This document shows, one piece after another, positions 33,666 to 42,738 of a stretch of DNA of 64,000 nt. The DNA lies in contig JAXMNT010000009.1 of the NCBI GenBank assembly GCA_034670305.1, positions 64,001 through 128,000 on the forward strand, in the 5' to 3' direction. A program made the translations under genes and the position numbers. Numbering within the stretch: the stretch's first letter is position 1; each line of letters opens with the position of its first letter. Source of the stretch: Deltaproteobacteria bacterium. GTDB taxonomy: Bacteria; Myxococcota_A; Polyangia; Polyangiales; Houyiibacteriaceae. Under the pieces are notes generated by a model. It did no database searches. It was given only the letters and a program-made list of their open reading frames with translations, and was not told the origin of the DNA.

Positions 33666-34526
33666 TTAGCCGGCACGGGCCACCCACAGTCTCTGCGAGT
33701 CCACGCAGGTCGCAACGGCGAAGCCGGCCGGAGAGACGACGACGTGTTGCCACGCGGTCAATCCTTCGCAGCGCCAGCGGGCGTCTTCGATCCGAAGCGT
33801 GCCGGGCACGAACGCGACGGCGGCGGTGCTGGTGGGCGTCGTTCGGTCCGGCAGCGACGCGCCCGAAGTCACGCACGTGAGGCCGTCCGCGAAGACCGAG
33901 ACCGCAAGCTCGGCTTCGCTCTCTCGATCCCGCAGGGCGACGACGTTCGGTCGCACGAGCCGCAGCCGACCGGGCACGAACCGCGGCGCCCACCTCTCGA
34001 TCCGCAAGACCTCGGTGTCGCCGCCTTTCCAGTCTGGCGCGGTGTCCGGGCTCGGTGCGTGCAGGGTCTCGAGCGTGGCGGTGAGCACCGACTCGATCTC
34101 CGCGCAGGTCGTCTGACGGCGCTCCAGCACCTGCGCGAGGGTGAGATCGATCCACTTCGGTTCTCGCGCGAGCGCTTCGCCGAGGTTCCACAGCTCGGCC
34201 ATCCGCGCCGCGTCGAGCGTGCCGAGCTCCCTCGGCAACCGGTCGAGCAGCAGCAGCCCGAGCACCCCGTCGCTGCCCGGGCCGGCGACGGTGAACTCGT
34301 CCACCAGGCCACGCCCCATCGCTTCGATCAGCAGGTCGAGCCACGCCGACACCCGTTCTTCGCGGCGCGGGTCGGCGGCGAGGCTTCCCCAGGCGTCGCG
34401 CACGTTGGATTCCGCGAGCTGCATGAACACGCCGGGTCGCCAGCGCGCGTGCCGTTTGCGGCCGCGTTCGCGGGCCGTCGCGACGAGCTCGCGGAGCGCG
34501 CGCTGTCCGGGCGTCTCGCTGCTCAT
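33666..34526 (-). CDS. Hypothetical protein (MoxR-vWA operon gene 2)
   Basis: ATGA overlap with the AAA gene; 286 aa, helical N-half and beta-rich C-half. Confidence 0.7.
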   Translation of the reverse strand: MSSETPGQRALRELVATARERGRKRHARWRPGVFMQLAESNVRDAWGSLAADPRREERVSAWLDLLIEAMGRGLVDEFTVAGPGSDGVLGLLLLDRLPRELGTLDAARMAELWNLGEALAREPKWIDLTLAQVLERRQTTCAEIESVLTATLETLHAPSPDTAPDWKGGDTEVLRIERWAPRFVPGRLRLVRPNVVALRDRESEAELAVSVFADGLTCVTSGASLPDRTTPTSTAAVAFVPGTLRIEDARWRCEGLTAWQHVVVSPAGFAVATCVDSQRLWVARAG

Positions 34527-36001
34527 CGCCCCTCCGCGAGGGAGATCCAGCGCCGGTGCAGCGCCTCGAGCCGAAGCGCGTCTTCGCGCACCGCGCCGCT
34601 GAGTTCTTCGGAGCCGAGCAGCGTGCGCCGTGCGGCGTCGACTTCGTCCAGAAGCGCGCGCGCCTCGGCGACGTCCCGCGGCATGCGCGTCTCGAGCGCT
34701 TCCACCCGTTCGCGTTCTTCGGACCGCGCGGAATCCAGCGCGAGCGCGCGATCGAAGAGCTGCGTGATCCAGCCGGCGCGATCGCTGAGCAGCACTTCGT
34801 GGCGGTCCTCCGAGAAGAACCCGGAGTGGGTGTTCGGACGCAGCCGTTCGTGGAGCACCCAAGGGATGAGCGCGCGCACGTCGTCGAGGGTCACGGCCGT
34901 GCGGCCTCGGAACCACGCGAGCGCTTGCGCGAAGCGCAGCACCGAGATGTGCGCCCGCGTGGAGATGCCGCCTTCCGTCTGGGCGCAGGCGTGTTCGCGT
35001 TTGTCGAGCGGGCAGTCTTCGTTGCAGACCTGCGCGAGCCGCCGGCCCGCCACCCGCAGCGTGTCTTTGGTCATGTACGGCAGCTGGTCCGACGCGCGCT
35101 GACAGAACTCCAGCTGGCTCGCGAAGGTCGCGAGCGCGCGCAGCACCTCGTCGCCGATCGCGATGCCGCGCACCTCGAGGTCGGCCGCGTCGAGCGCGTC
35201 TGGGGTCAGGCGGCAATCGACCGGGACCAGATCTTCCGGCCGCTCCCGCTCCGCGATCCGGTCCGCGAGGATGCGCATCTGGCCGCCTTCGAACGGGGCC
35301 GCACGCACCACCGCGTCGATGCGGTCGCGGAGCGCGTCGATGACTTGAAACGTGCCGCCGCCGAGGTCGTCGTTGGCGGTCAGGTACCAGGCGCTCGTGC
35401 CGGACTCGATCGTGTGCCCGAGCTGCTCGGCGTAGCCCTCGGCCATGAGCGAGAGCAGCGCCGACTGAGTCTTCGTCGGAATGCGGTTGTACTCGTCGAC
35501 GATTTTCACCCGCCGCTGGATCCATCCGCGCCACGCCACGTGCACTTCGTCGATGGTCTTCGCTTCGACGAGGTTGCCAGGCAGCGGGCTGCCGAGCAGA
35601 TCGGCGAGCGTGAGCTGCGGGTGACCGTGCTGGGTGTCGCGCCGGATCTGCGCGAGCTCACCGCCGGCGATCAGCGCCATCAGCGTGGCCAGCGTGGTCT
35701 TGCCCCGGCCCGGCGCCCCGATGATCAGCAGCCGCTGGTGGGTGACGAGGTTCAAGAGCGGCAGCAGCACGTACGACGCGTACGCATCCCCCGCGCTCAT
35801 CACGCCTTTGCGGGTGCTCGGCGCACCCCCGAGGATCAGATCCGGCGCGTCGCAGACGATCGCCTGTTCGACGATCCACCGGTACGCGCGGCGCAGGATC
35901 TCGACCGGCGGTTCGCCCTGCCAAGGCGCGAAGACGATGCCTCCGTCTTGCGCGCTCGCCCGGCCCTGTTTCCACGCCTGCACGCGCTCCGCAAAGTTCA
36001 C
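34523..36001 (-). CDS. MoxR-like AAA+ ATPase with a Cys-rich insertion
   Basis: Walker A GAPGRGKT, Walker B IVDEYNR, TAN...ALRDR. Confidence 0.85.
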   Translation of the reverse strand: MNFAERVQAWKQGRASAQDGGIVFAPWQGEPPVEILRRAYRWIVEQAIVCDAPDLILGGAPSTRKGVMSAGDAYASYVLLPLLNLVTHQRLLIIGAPGRGKTTLATLMALIAGGELAQIRRDTQHGHPQLTLADLLGSPLPGNLVEAKTIDEVHVAWRGWIQRRVKIVDEYNRIPTKTQSALLSLMAEGYAEQLGHTIESGTSAWYLTANDDLGGGTFQVIDALRDRIDAVVRAAPFEGGQMRILADRIAERERPEDLVPVDCRLTPDALDAADLEVRGIAIGDEVLRALATFASQLEFCQRASDQLPYMTKDTLRVAGRRLAQVCNEDCPLDKREHACAQTEGGISTRAHISVLRFAQALAWFRGRTAVTLDDVRALIPWVLHERLRPNTHSGFFSEDRHEVLLSDRAGWITQLFDRALALDSARSEERERVEALETRMPRDVAEARALLDEVDAARRTLLGSEELSGAVREDALRLEALHRRWISLAEGR

Positions 36002-36067
36002 TGCCGCAGGATAACGCGTGATCCCAGCTTCGCCGTTCCCGAATGCAGGGGCCCCCGGCGCTTGGGT

Positions 36068-37117
36068 CTACTCGGCTCTACTGCTGCCACCGCAGGTGTC
36101 GCACGCTGTTCCGATACCATCCCCGTCGTGGTCCACCTGGCATGGGTTCCAGGCGGTTGGGCAGTTGTCTGACGCGTTGGGCACGCCATCGCCATCTCCG
36201 TCGGTTGTGTTGTTGAGGCTGGGGTCCCACTGGAGCGATGGGTCCTCGCACGAGCCATCGAACCGGCCGTCTACATCCAGATCAAGATGATCCTCGACGA
36301 AGCTGAGACCATCGGCAGCCATCAGATCTCCGAATGTATTGTCCCAGTTCGTGAACCCGCCGGATGTGGTGGCCAACTGAGCACTGTTAATACCCAGCAC
36401 GTAGTACGGCGCAGGCCCCCAGAGAATCGGCCCGCCTGAGTCCCCGGGCCCAGCTTTTGCGTTGTCCGCAATCAGGTATCCAAACGTGCTGGAGAAGGCG
36501 ACATCGGCGAAACCCCACCGTCTGGTGCCGAGGCCAGGAAGGTCAGGCGTACCTCGTGGGATGTCAGTCCAAACCCAACGTTGGCTACGGTGACGGGGAG
36601 GCTGGGCGCCGCGGACGCACTTGGGAGAGTCCGGTATGGCTCGATTCGCAGCGGTACCGTGGTCGGTGCCCGGCCTGGGGCCACCGGAAAGTCGAGTCGC
36701 AGGACGGCAATGTCACTTGGGAAGTCCCACGGCTGTCTGCCCGTCGAAGGCTCGCCAACCGCCCCGCACTCCGTGTCGGGGGCGACCCCCGCGGCTACCT
36801 TGTAGTCCGGGTGGATCCAACACGCCGACACCCCCCGCCGCCCTGCGCTCCGGTGGTTGGCGCCAAACCCAATCTCCGTTGCGGTGTCCGCCTGGACGCA
36901 GTGTGCCGCGGTGACCACGTGCCACGGCGTGATCAGTGTTCCGGAGCAGTTGGTGCGCGCGCTTCGGTTGAGCTCGATGCTGACGACCGCCGGAAACATT
37001 GGTGACACGTCAGAGTCCGTGCCATCTGCCCCGACGATCGCGTTCGATGAACTCCCCCCCCCCCCCCTGGCTGCAGGCCTGGGTGAGTACAATCGCGATT
37101 GAAAGTGAGAGCCTCAT
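36068..37117 (-). pseudogene. Trypsin-like (S1) serine protease with a TSP3 repeat, two frameshifts
   Basis: TAAHC and DIAVLRL lie in one frame. The ATG signal peptide, GDSGGP and DGDGDGV..DNCP..DGDGIG.ACD lie in another. Shifts are at the G14 tract and near 36560. Confidence 0.75.
37054..37067 (-). repeat. G14 homopolymer
   Basis: 14 consecutive C on the + strand. Confidence 0.95.
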
Positions 37118-37192
37118 GGACGACTTATAGCAGATGAGTACGAATCCGCGATAGGTGGACTCCGGACAACACTTCTCCTGCAACCGACGAAT

Positions 37193-37705
37193 CTAGAAGG
37201 AAAAATCGAGGAGCGGGGAGGTGGTGCTGCCGGGTTCTTCGAGGTTGGCCAGGCGGGCGGCGCCGACGCTGGTGAGGATGATGCCGACGATGCCCACCAC
37301 GATCGTGGCGGCGACCAATCCGAATGCATCGCCAACACTCGGGGCACGCGCGACCATCGTTCCGAAGAGCGTGGCGGCGGCGAGCGAGAGGCCTCCGGCG
37401 ATGGTCAGGGTCCGGTAGTGACAACGTGCGCGCACGAACTCGGTCGGCGCATCGAATGGACCATAGGTGGGCGCAGCCAGTCCGATCCCAAGCGCGAAGA
37501 GGGCGGCGCTGCTGCCAATCAGCGCCACGTTGCGGGTCTTCCACCCTTGCTCATACGCGTCCCCCACACCGACCACCGCCGTCACTGCGGCAAGGCCGAC
37601 GATGGCGTGGCCCGCGCAGCGTTGCCGCGCTTGCGCGTCGGCGGTCGAGGTGGAGGCGGCCGTCAGCACGAAGCCGACGGTGAGCGCTGTGATCAGGAGG
37701 CGCAT
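37193..37705 (-). CDS. Hypothetical exported/membrane protein
   Basis: Signal peptide plus 3-4 hydrophobic segments; ends in F. Confidence 0.6.
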   Translation of the reverse strand: MRLLITALTVGFVLTAASTSTADAQARQRCAGHAIVGLAAVTAVVGVGDAYEQGWKTRNVALIGSSAALFALGIGLAAPTYGPFDAPTEFVRARCHYRTLTIAGGLSLAAATLFGTMVARAPSVGDAFGLVAATIVVGIVGIILTSVGAARLANLEEPGSTTSPLLDFSF

Positions 37706-37802
37706 GCGGGCTGGAGTAGCACGGCGGCGCGGAATCCCGATGGAAAGCGGCGCGGACTCGGCTTCGGACCGAACCCACGGGCACGGGCACCGCACCTTCT
37801 CG

Positions 37803-37968
<166 letters not shown>

Positions 37969-38002
37969 GCCCGAGCGCGGGCACCCTCGCCCACAATGCG
38001 TT

Positions 38003-39640
38003 ATGCGGGCCGGCATGATCCGGCTCGACAACGTCACCAAACGCCACGGCTCCCAGATCCTCTACGTCGATGGGTCGATGAGCGTGTTCAAGGGCGAGAA
38101 GATCGGGCTCGTCGGCCCGAACGGTTCGGGCAAGACGACCATCTTCCGGTTGATGACGAACGAAGAGACGCCCGAGGCCGGCGCCGTCATCGTCGATCGC
38201 GGCGTGACCATCGGGTACTTCTCTCAGGACGTCGGCGAGATGGCCGGGCGCACCGTCGCGGCGGAGACGATCGCGGGCGCCGGAGAAGTCTCGGAGCTGC
38301 ACCTCGAGCTGGCCGAGCTCGAAGCCGCGATGGCCGACCCGGCGCGCGCCGACGAACTCGAGAAAGTGCTCGAGCGCTTCGGCGAAGTGCAGGCCCGCTA
38401 CAGCGAACTCGACGGCTACGCCCTCGATGCGCGTGCGCGCGAGATTCTCGCAGGTCTCGGCTTCACCGAAGCGCGCATGGACGTCGACGTCGAGACGCTC
38501 TCCGGCGGCTGGAAGATGCGCGTCGCGCTCGCGCAGATCCTCCTGATGCGGCCGGACGTGCTGCTGCTCGACGAACCGACCAACCACTTGGACATCGAAT
38601 CGATCCTCTGGCTCGAGACCTTCCTGCATTCCTTCGAAGGCGGTCTCGTGCTGACGAGCCATGACCGCGAGTTGATGAACCGCTTGGTCACGAAGATCGT
38701 CGAGATCGATCAGGGCACCCTCACCAGCTACACCGGCGACTACGACTTCTACGAGACCCAACGGGACCTCGCCGCCAAACAGCAAGAAGCGCAGTTCGCC
38801 CGACAAGAAGCGATGCTCGCCAAGGAGCGCGCGTTCATCGACCGGTTCAAAGCGCGCGCCAGCCACGCCGCGCAGGTGCAGTCGCGGGTGAAGAAGCTCG
38901 ACAAGATCGAGAAGGTCGAACCACCGAAACAGCGCACGGTCGTGAAGTTCGACTTCCAGCAGCCGAAACGGTCCGGCGACGACGTCGTCTCCCTGCAAGG
39001 CGTGCACAAAGCCTATGGCGACCTCGTGCTCTACGAGGGCTTCGACTTCCTCATCCGCCGCCAAGAACGCTGGTGCGTCATGGGCGTCAACGGCGCCGGC
39101 AAGTCCACGCTCTTGCGTCTGGTCGCGGGCATGGCCGAACCCGACAGCGGCGAAGTGCGCGTCGGCGCGAGCGTGAAGCTCGGGTACTTCGCCCAGCACG
39201 CGATGGAGCTGCTGCAGCCAGACGAGACGGTGCTGCAGACCATGGAACGCACCCACCCCAAAGCGTCGGGCGGGTCGCTGCGCACCGTGCTCGGCGCGTT
39301 CGGCTTCCACAAAGACGAGGTCGAGAAGACCTGCCGCATCCTGAGCGGCGGCGAGAAGGCGCGGCTCGTCATGGCCCAGATGCTCTACAACCCGCCGAAC
39401 TTCTTGGTGCTCGACGAACCGACCAACCACTTGGACATCCAGACCAAAGAGATGCTGGTCGACGCCTTGCGCGACTTCGAAGGCACCATGCTCTTCGTCT
39501 CCCATGACCGGCAGTTCCTCCGCGCCCTGAGCAATCGAGTCCTCGAAGTCACCCCCGGCGAAGCCCGCGCCTACAACGGCAGCTACAAAGAATACGTCGC
39601 CCAATCCGGCTACGAAGCGCCTGGCGCCCGCGCGGTCTAG
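38003..39640 (+). CDS. ABC-F family ATPase
   Basis: Two ABC domains (GPNGSGKT, LSGGWKMR, LDEPTNHLD; GVNGAGKS, LSGGEKAR) and no TM segments; alternative ATG at 38015. Confidence 0.95.
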   Translation: MRAGMIRLDNVTKRHGSQILYVDGSMSVFKGEKIGLVGPNGSGKTTIFRLMTNEETPEAGAVIVDRGVTIGYFSQDVGEMAGRTVAAETIAGAGEVSELHLELAELEAAMADPARADELEKVLERFGEVQARYSELDGYALDARAREILAGLGFTEARMDVDVETLSGGWKMRVALAQILLMRPDVLLLDEPTNHLDIESILWLETFLHSFEGGLVLTSHDRELMNRLVTKIVEIDQGTLTSYTGDYDFYETQRDLAAKQQEAQFARQEAMLAKERAFIDRFKARASHAAQVQSRVKKLDKIEKVEPPKQRTVVKFDFQQPKRSGDDVVSLQGVHKAYGDLVLYEGFDFLIRRQERWCVMGVNGAGKSTLLRLVAGMAEPDSGEVRVGASVKLGYFAQHAMELLQPDETVLQTMERTHPKASGGSLRTVLGAFGFHKDEVEKTCRILSGGEKARLVMAQMLYNPPNFLVLDEPTNHLDIQTKEMLVDALRDFEGTMLFVSHDRQFLRALSNRVLEVTPGEARAYNGSYKEYVAQSGYEAPGARAV

Positions 39641-39761
39641 CAGCCTGCCCCTTGCCCCTGCCCTTGCCTTTGCCCTTGCCCGCGGATCAGCGGTCAGATC
39701 GCTTGATCAGCGCGACGAGCATCGCGACGACCTGCTCGAGGTGGGCGAGAGCCCGTTCGAT

Positions 39762-40150
39762 ATATTTCTTGGGGGCACAGCCCGCGCGGGGGCTGTGCCC
39801 CCAAGAATTATTCGACAGCGTGCAGCCTCGCGAAGCGAGCCAGCGGTGTCACCGGGACGGGGTTTGGGGGCTGTGCCCCCAAGAAATATTGTCTCTCGCG
39901 AGGGAGGCTCTGGGCCCGCGCAGGAGCGAAGCGACGAGCAGGTCCGGAGCCGTCTTCAAGGGTTCGGAAAGCCGAAGGCGCCCGGGCCCGCAGAAACCCC
40001 GCGAGAGACCAGCAATATTGTCTCTCGCGCGCGAGGCTTCGGGCCCGCACAGGAGCGAAGCGACGAGCAGGTCCGGAGCCGTTCCCGACGGGTTCTAGGA
40101 CGGCCGAAGGCGTCCGCGCCCGTCGGGACGCCGCGAGAGACCAGCAATAT
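39762..40150. repeat. Cluster of three palindromic REP/MITE-like modules of about 130 bp
   Basis: Module 1 is bounded by a 22-bp perfect IR (ATATTTCTTGGGGGCACAGCCC). Modules 2 and 3 are direct copies bounded by GTCTCTCGCG/CGCGAGAGAC and joined by AATAT. Confidence 0.8.
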
Positions 40151-40290
40151 CGAGGCAGACGCAAGACACAGTTCGCCGCCTACCTGGCCGGCGCCGCATA
40201 CAACCTCCTACGCGTCGCGCGGCTGCGGAGCTGCGCCGCGTAGCACCGACCGATTCGCGGCCTCGCCGTCGCGAAACACACGGACGACGC

Positions 40291-40349
40291 GGGCAAGGGC
40301 ACGGGCAAGGGCAACGGCAAGGGAGCAGGTCGCTTTTCAGCGACCTGCT
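40291..40349 (-). terminator. GAAA-loop hairpin followed by (CCCTTG)n after the 40348 stop
   Basis: AGCAGGTCGCT-GAAA-AGCGACCTGCT then CCCTTGCCGTTGCCCTTG... on the minus strand. Confidence 0.5.
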
Positions 40350-40902
40350 AGAGCAACGGAAGCTGGGCCGGCGGCAGGAGGCGGCCCGCGACTTCTTCGG
40401 CGACCGCACCCACCCACGCATCGCGGTCGAGCACCTCGAGCCGCATCGGATGCAGGTCCCGCTCGCCGAGTTCTTTCAGTAGCCGGTCATCCACCGCGCG
40501 CTGAAACGCGGGGTCGGTCGCGCGGGTTCCGTCCGCATGGGGCCGCTCGAGGATCGGCACATGGACCAGCAGATCGTAGGTCTTGATCCATTCGGTCACG
40601 AGCGTGTCGAGCGCGGCTTGGCGGCCGGCGGCGAGCATCAGATAGACGTAGTTGTCGAGCACGCTGCGATCGCAGATCACCACCGCGCTGCTCGCGGACG
40701 CGACGATCTCGTCGGCGATCTGGGTGTGCAGGATCCAGGACTGTGCCCCGACGCTTGTGCCTTCGTTGATCGGAAGCGGAGACCGCCGCGCGACCTCCCG
40801 CACGATGTCGAGCACCACGTCGTCACGCTTCAGCCGCGCGGCCAGGCCGTAGCAGAGCGTGGTCTTGCCGACGCCATGGCTGCCGATGAACGCGAGCTTC
40901 AC
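40348..40902 (-). CDS. P-loop nucleoside/nucleotide kinase-like protein (AAA_28/NadR-type)
   Basis: GSHGVGKTT, EVAR, ICDRSVLD. Confidence 0.8.
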   Translation of the reverse strand: MKLAFIGSHGVGKTTLCYGLAARLKRDDVVLDIVREVARRSPLPINEGTSVGAQSWILHTQIADEIVASASSAVVICDRSVLDNYVYLMLAAGRQAALDTLVTEWIKTYDLLVHVPILERPHADGTRATDPAFQRAVDDRLLKELGERDLHPMRLEVLDRDAWVGAVAEEVAGRLLPPAQLPLL

Positions 40903-41126
40903 CGGTCAAGGGTACGACGCATGCGGCCGGGACCGCACCACCTCTTCGGTCGCTGTCGGCTTCGGCTTCGGCTGGGCCTCGGCTTCGGCATCAGTAGAAA
41001 CTGCCACTGCCGGGCCCTTCGACGCAGAGCGAGGAGAGGCAGTCGTTGCCGTCGGTGCAGGTGTCGATGCCGACGGCCCGCGACTTCGCGCTCGCGCCGG
41101 GTGCGGAACCCGCGTACGCCTTCGGG

Positions 41127-41762
41127 GTGGCGTTTCTCGCGCACTCGTTCGTGACCCGCATCGGCGACCGCGCCTTCCACGCGCCGCTCTCGTTCGATCT
41201 CGAACCGGGTACGTCCGTGGTGGTGCGGGGGCCGAGCGGCGTCGGCAAGAGCACGTTGCTGCGTGCACTTGCTGCGCTCATTCCGCCGGGCGGCGGCACC
41301 CTCGCCCTCGACGGCGCCGCGCCCGAGACCGACACCCTCGCGTGGCGGTCGAACGTGCTCTACACGGCACAGTCACCAAGGCTCCTGGAAGACACCGTGG
41401 GCGAAGTGCTCCGCCGCCCATTCGAGTTCCGGGTGCGGCGCGGTCAGACCTTTCCGGTCGACGACGCGAAGCGGTGGCTCGACGCGCTTCAGTTGCCCGG
41501 TTTCGACCGCCCGACGGACCACATGAGCGGCGGCGAGCGCCAGCGGGTGCATCTGGTGCGCGCGCTGTGCCTGCGCCCGCAGGTGCTGCTCCTCGACGAA
41601 CCGGTGAGCGCGCTCGACCCCGATCGCCGCGAGGCGGCCCGCGCGCTGCTGGACGAAGCCGCGGACGCGGGCGTCGTCACGATCGAGGTCACCCACGAGG
41701 TCGGCGATCGAGCGGCGCTCGAGGTCGACTGGATCCACGCCGAAGAGGTCGCGCATGGCTGA
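41127..41762 (+). CDS. ABC transporter ATPase (FetA/YbbL-like)
   Basis: GPSGVGKS, MSGGERQR, LLLDEP; overlaps the permease gene; start uncertain. Confidence 0.8.
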   Translation: MAFLAHSFVTRIGDRAFHAPLSFDLEPGTSVVVRGPSGVGKSTLLRALAALIPPGGGTLALDGAAPETDTLAWRSNVLYTAQSPRLLEDTVGEVLRRPFEFRVRRGQTFPVDDAKRWLDALQLPGFDRPTDHMSGGERQRVHLVRALCLRPQVLLLDEPVSALDPDRREAARALLDEAADAGVVTIEVTHEVGDRAALEVDWIHAEEVAHG

Positions 41763-42552
41763 CGCCATCGAACTCGGTGATTGGGAAGTGGCGGGTGCCG
41801 CCGGGCTGGTGCTGGTGGCCGGCGCGGTCAGCGTGGCGCTCAAGTTGCGGCTCGAGAAGTCGCTGCTGCTCGGCCTCGTACGCGCCACCGTGCAGCTCTC
41901 GCTGCTCGGCCTCGTGCTGCGGTGGGTGTTCGCGCACGGGAGCTTGGCGGTCACGTTCGTCGCGATGGGTGTGATGACCGTCGCGGCGTCGCGCGCCGCG
42001 CTCGCCCGCGCCGGCTGGAAACTCGACGGTGCGTTCTTCGGCGCGTTCGCCACGCTCGTCGTCACCGCCGGTTTGATGGCGATGCTCGGTTCCGCAGTCT
42101 TCGTCGGCACCGATCCCTGGTACGACCCGCGCTACGCGCTGCCGCTGCTCGGCATGTTGCTCGGCAACGGCCTGACCGGCATCTCGCTCTGTCTCGACAG
42201 TTTGCTCGCGGTGGTCGCGGACGACCGCGACGCGATCGAACTCGAGCTGGCGATGGGCGCCACCCGCTGGGAGGCTTCCCGCGCGCCCATGCAGCGCGCG
42301 GTGCGGCGCGGCATCGTGCCGATCGTCAACGCGATGATGGTGGTCGGCATCGTGTCGATCCCCGGCATGATGACGGGGCAGATCCTCGCGGGCGCGGATC
42401 CAATGCTGGCGGTGCGCTACCAGCTGCTGATTCTGTTTCTGATCGCGGCGTCGACGAGCCTTGGGTGCGTGGGGGTGGCGGTGTTCACGGTGCGGCGGGT
42501 CATCGACGCGCAACATCGGCTGCGGCCGGACCGGGTGCACAAGCGGAAGTAG
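41755..42552 (+). CDS. fetB: ABC transporter permease (FetB/YbbM, UPF0014)
   Basis: RATVQL, PWYDPRY, GMLLGN, GIVSIPGMMTGQILAG, AVRYQ. Confidence 0.88.
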   Translation: MADAIELGDWEVAGAAGLVLVAGAVSVALKLRLEKSLLLGLVRATVQLSLLGLVLRWVFAHGSLAVTFVAMGVMTVAASRAALARAGWKLDGAFFGAFATLVVTAGLMAMLGSAVFVGTDPWYDPRYALPLLGMLLGNGLTGISLCLDSLLAVVADDRDAIELELAMGATRWEASRAPMQRAVRRGIVPIVNAMMVVGIVSIPGMMTGQILAGADPMLAVRYQLLILFLIAASTSLGCVGVAVFTVRRVIDAQHRLRPDRVHKRK

Positions 42553-42567
42553 CCCGATGTGAGGAGG

Positions 42568-42677
42568 ATGCCGACGCCGATGCCGAAGCCGATGCCGAAG
42601 CCGACGCCGATGCCGAAGCCGAAGCCGATGCCGAAGCCGAAGCCGAAGCAGATGCCGAAGCCGATGCCGAAGCCGGA
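42568..42677 (+). repeat. Hexamer microsatellite (GCCGAT/GCCGAA)n
   Basis: Read directly after the fetB stop. Confidence 0.9.
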
Positions 42678-42738
42678 CTCCGAACGGCCACAATCCTTCA
42701 AAAGGAGCGTTCTTCGGACTCGGCGCTATGATCCGCCG

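Noticed and set aside
39885-40150. CRISPR or integron attC interpretation of the 130-bp modules
   Set aside because: The whole unit is repeated, there are no spacers or cassette ORFs, no RYYYAAC/GTTRRRY ends and no integrase.
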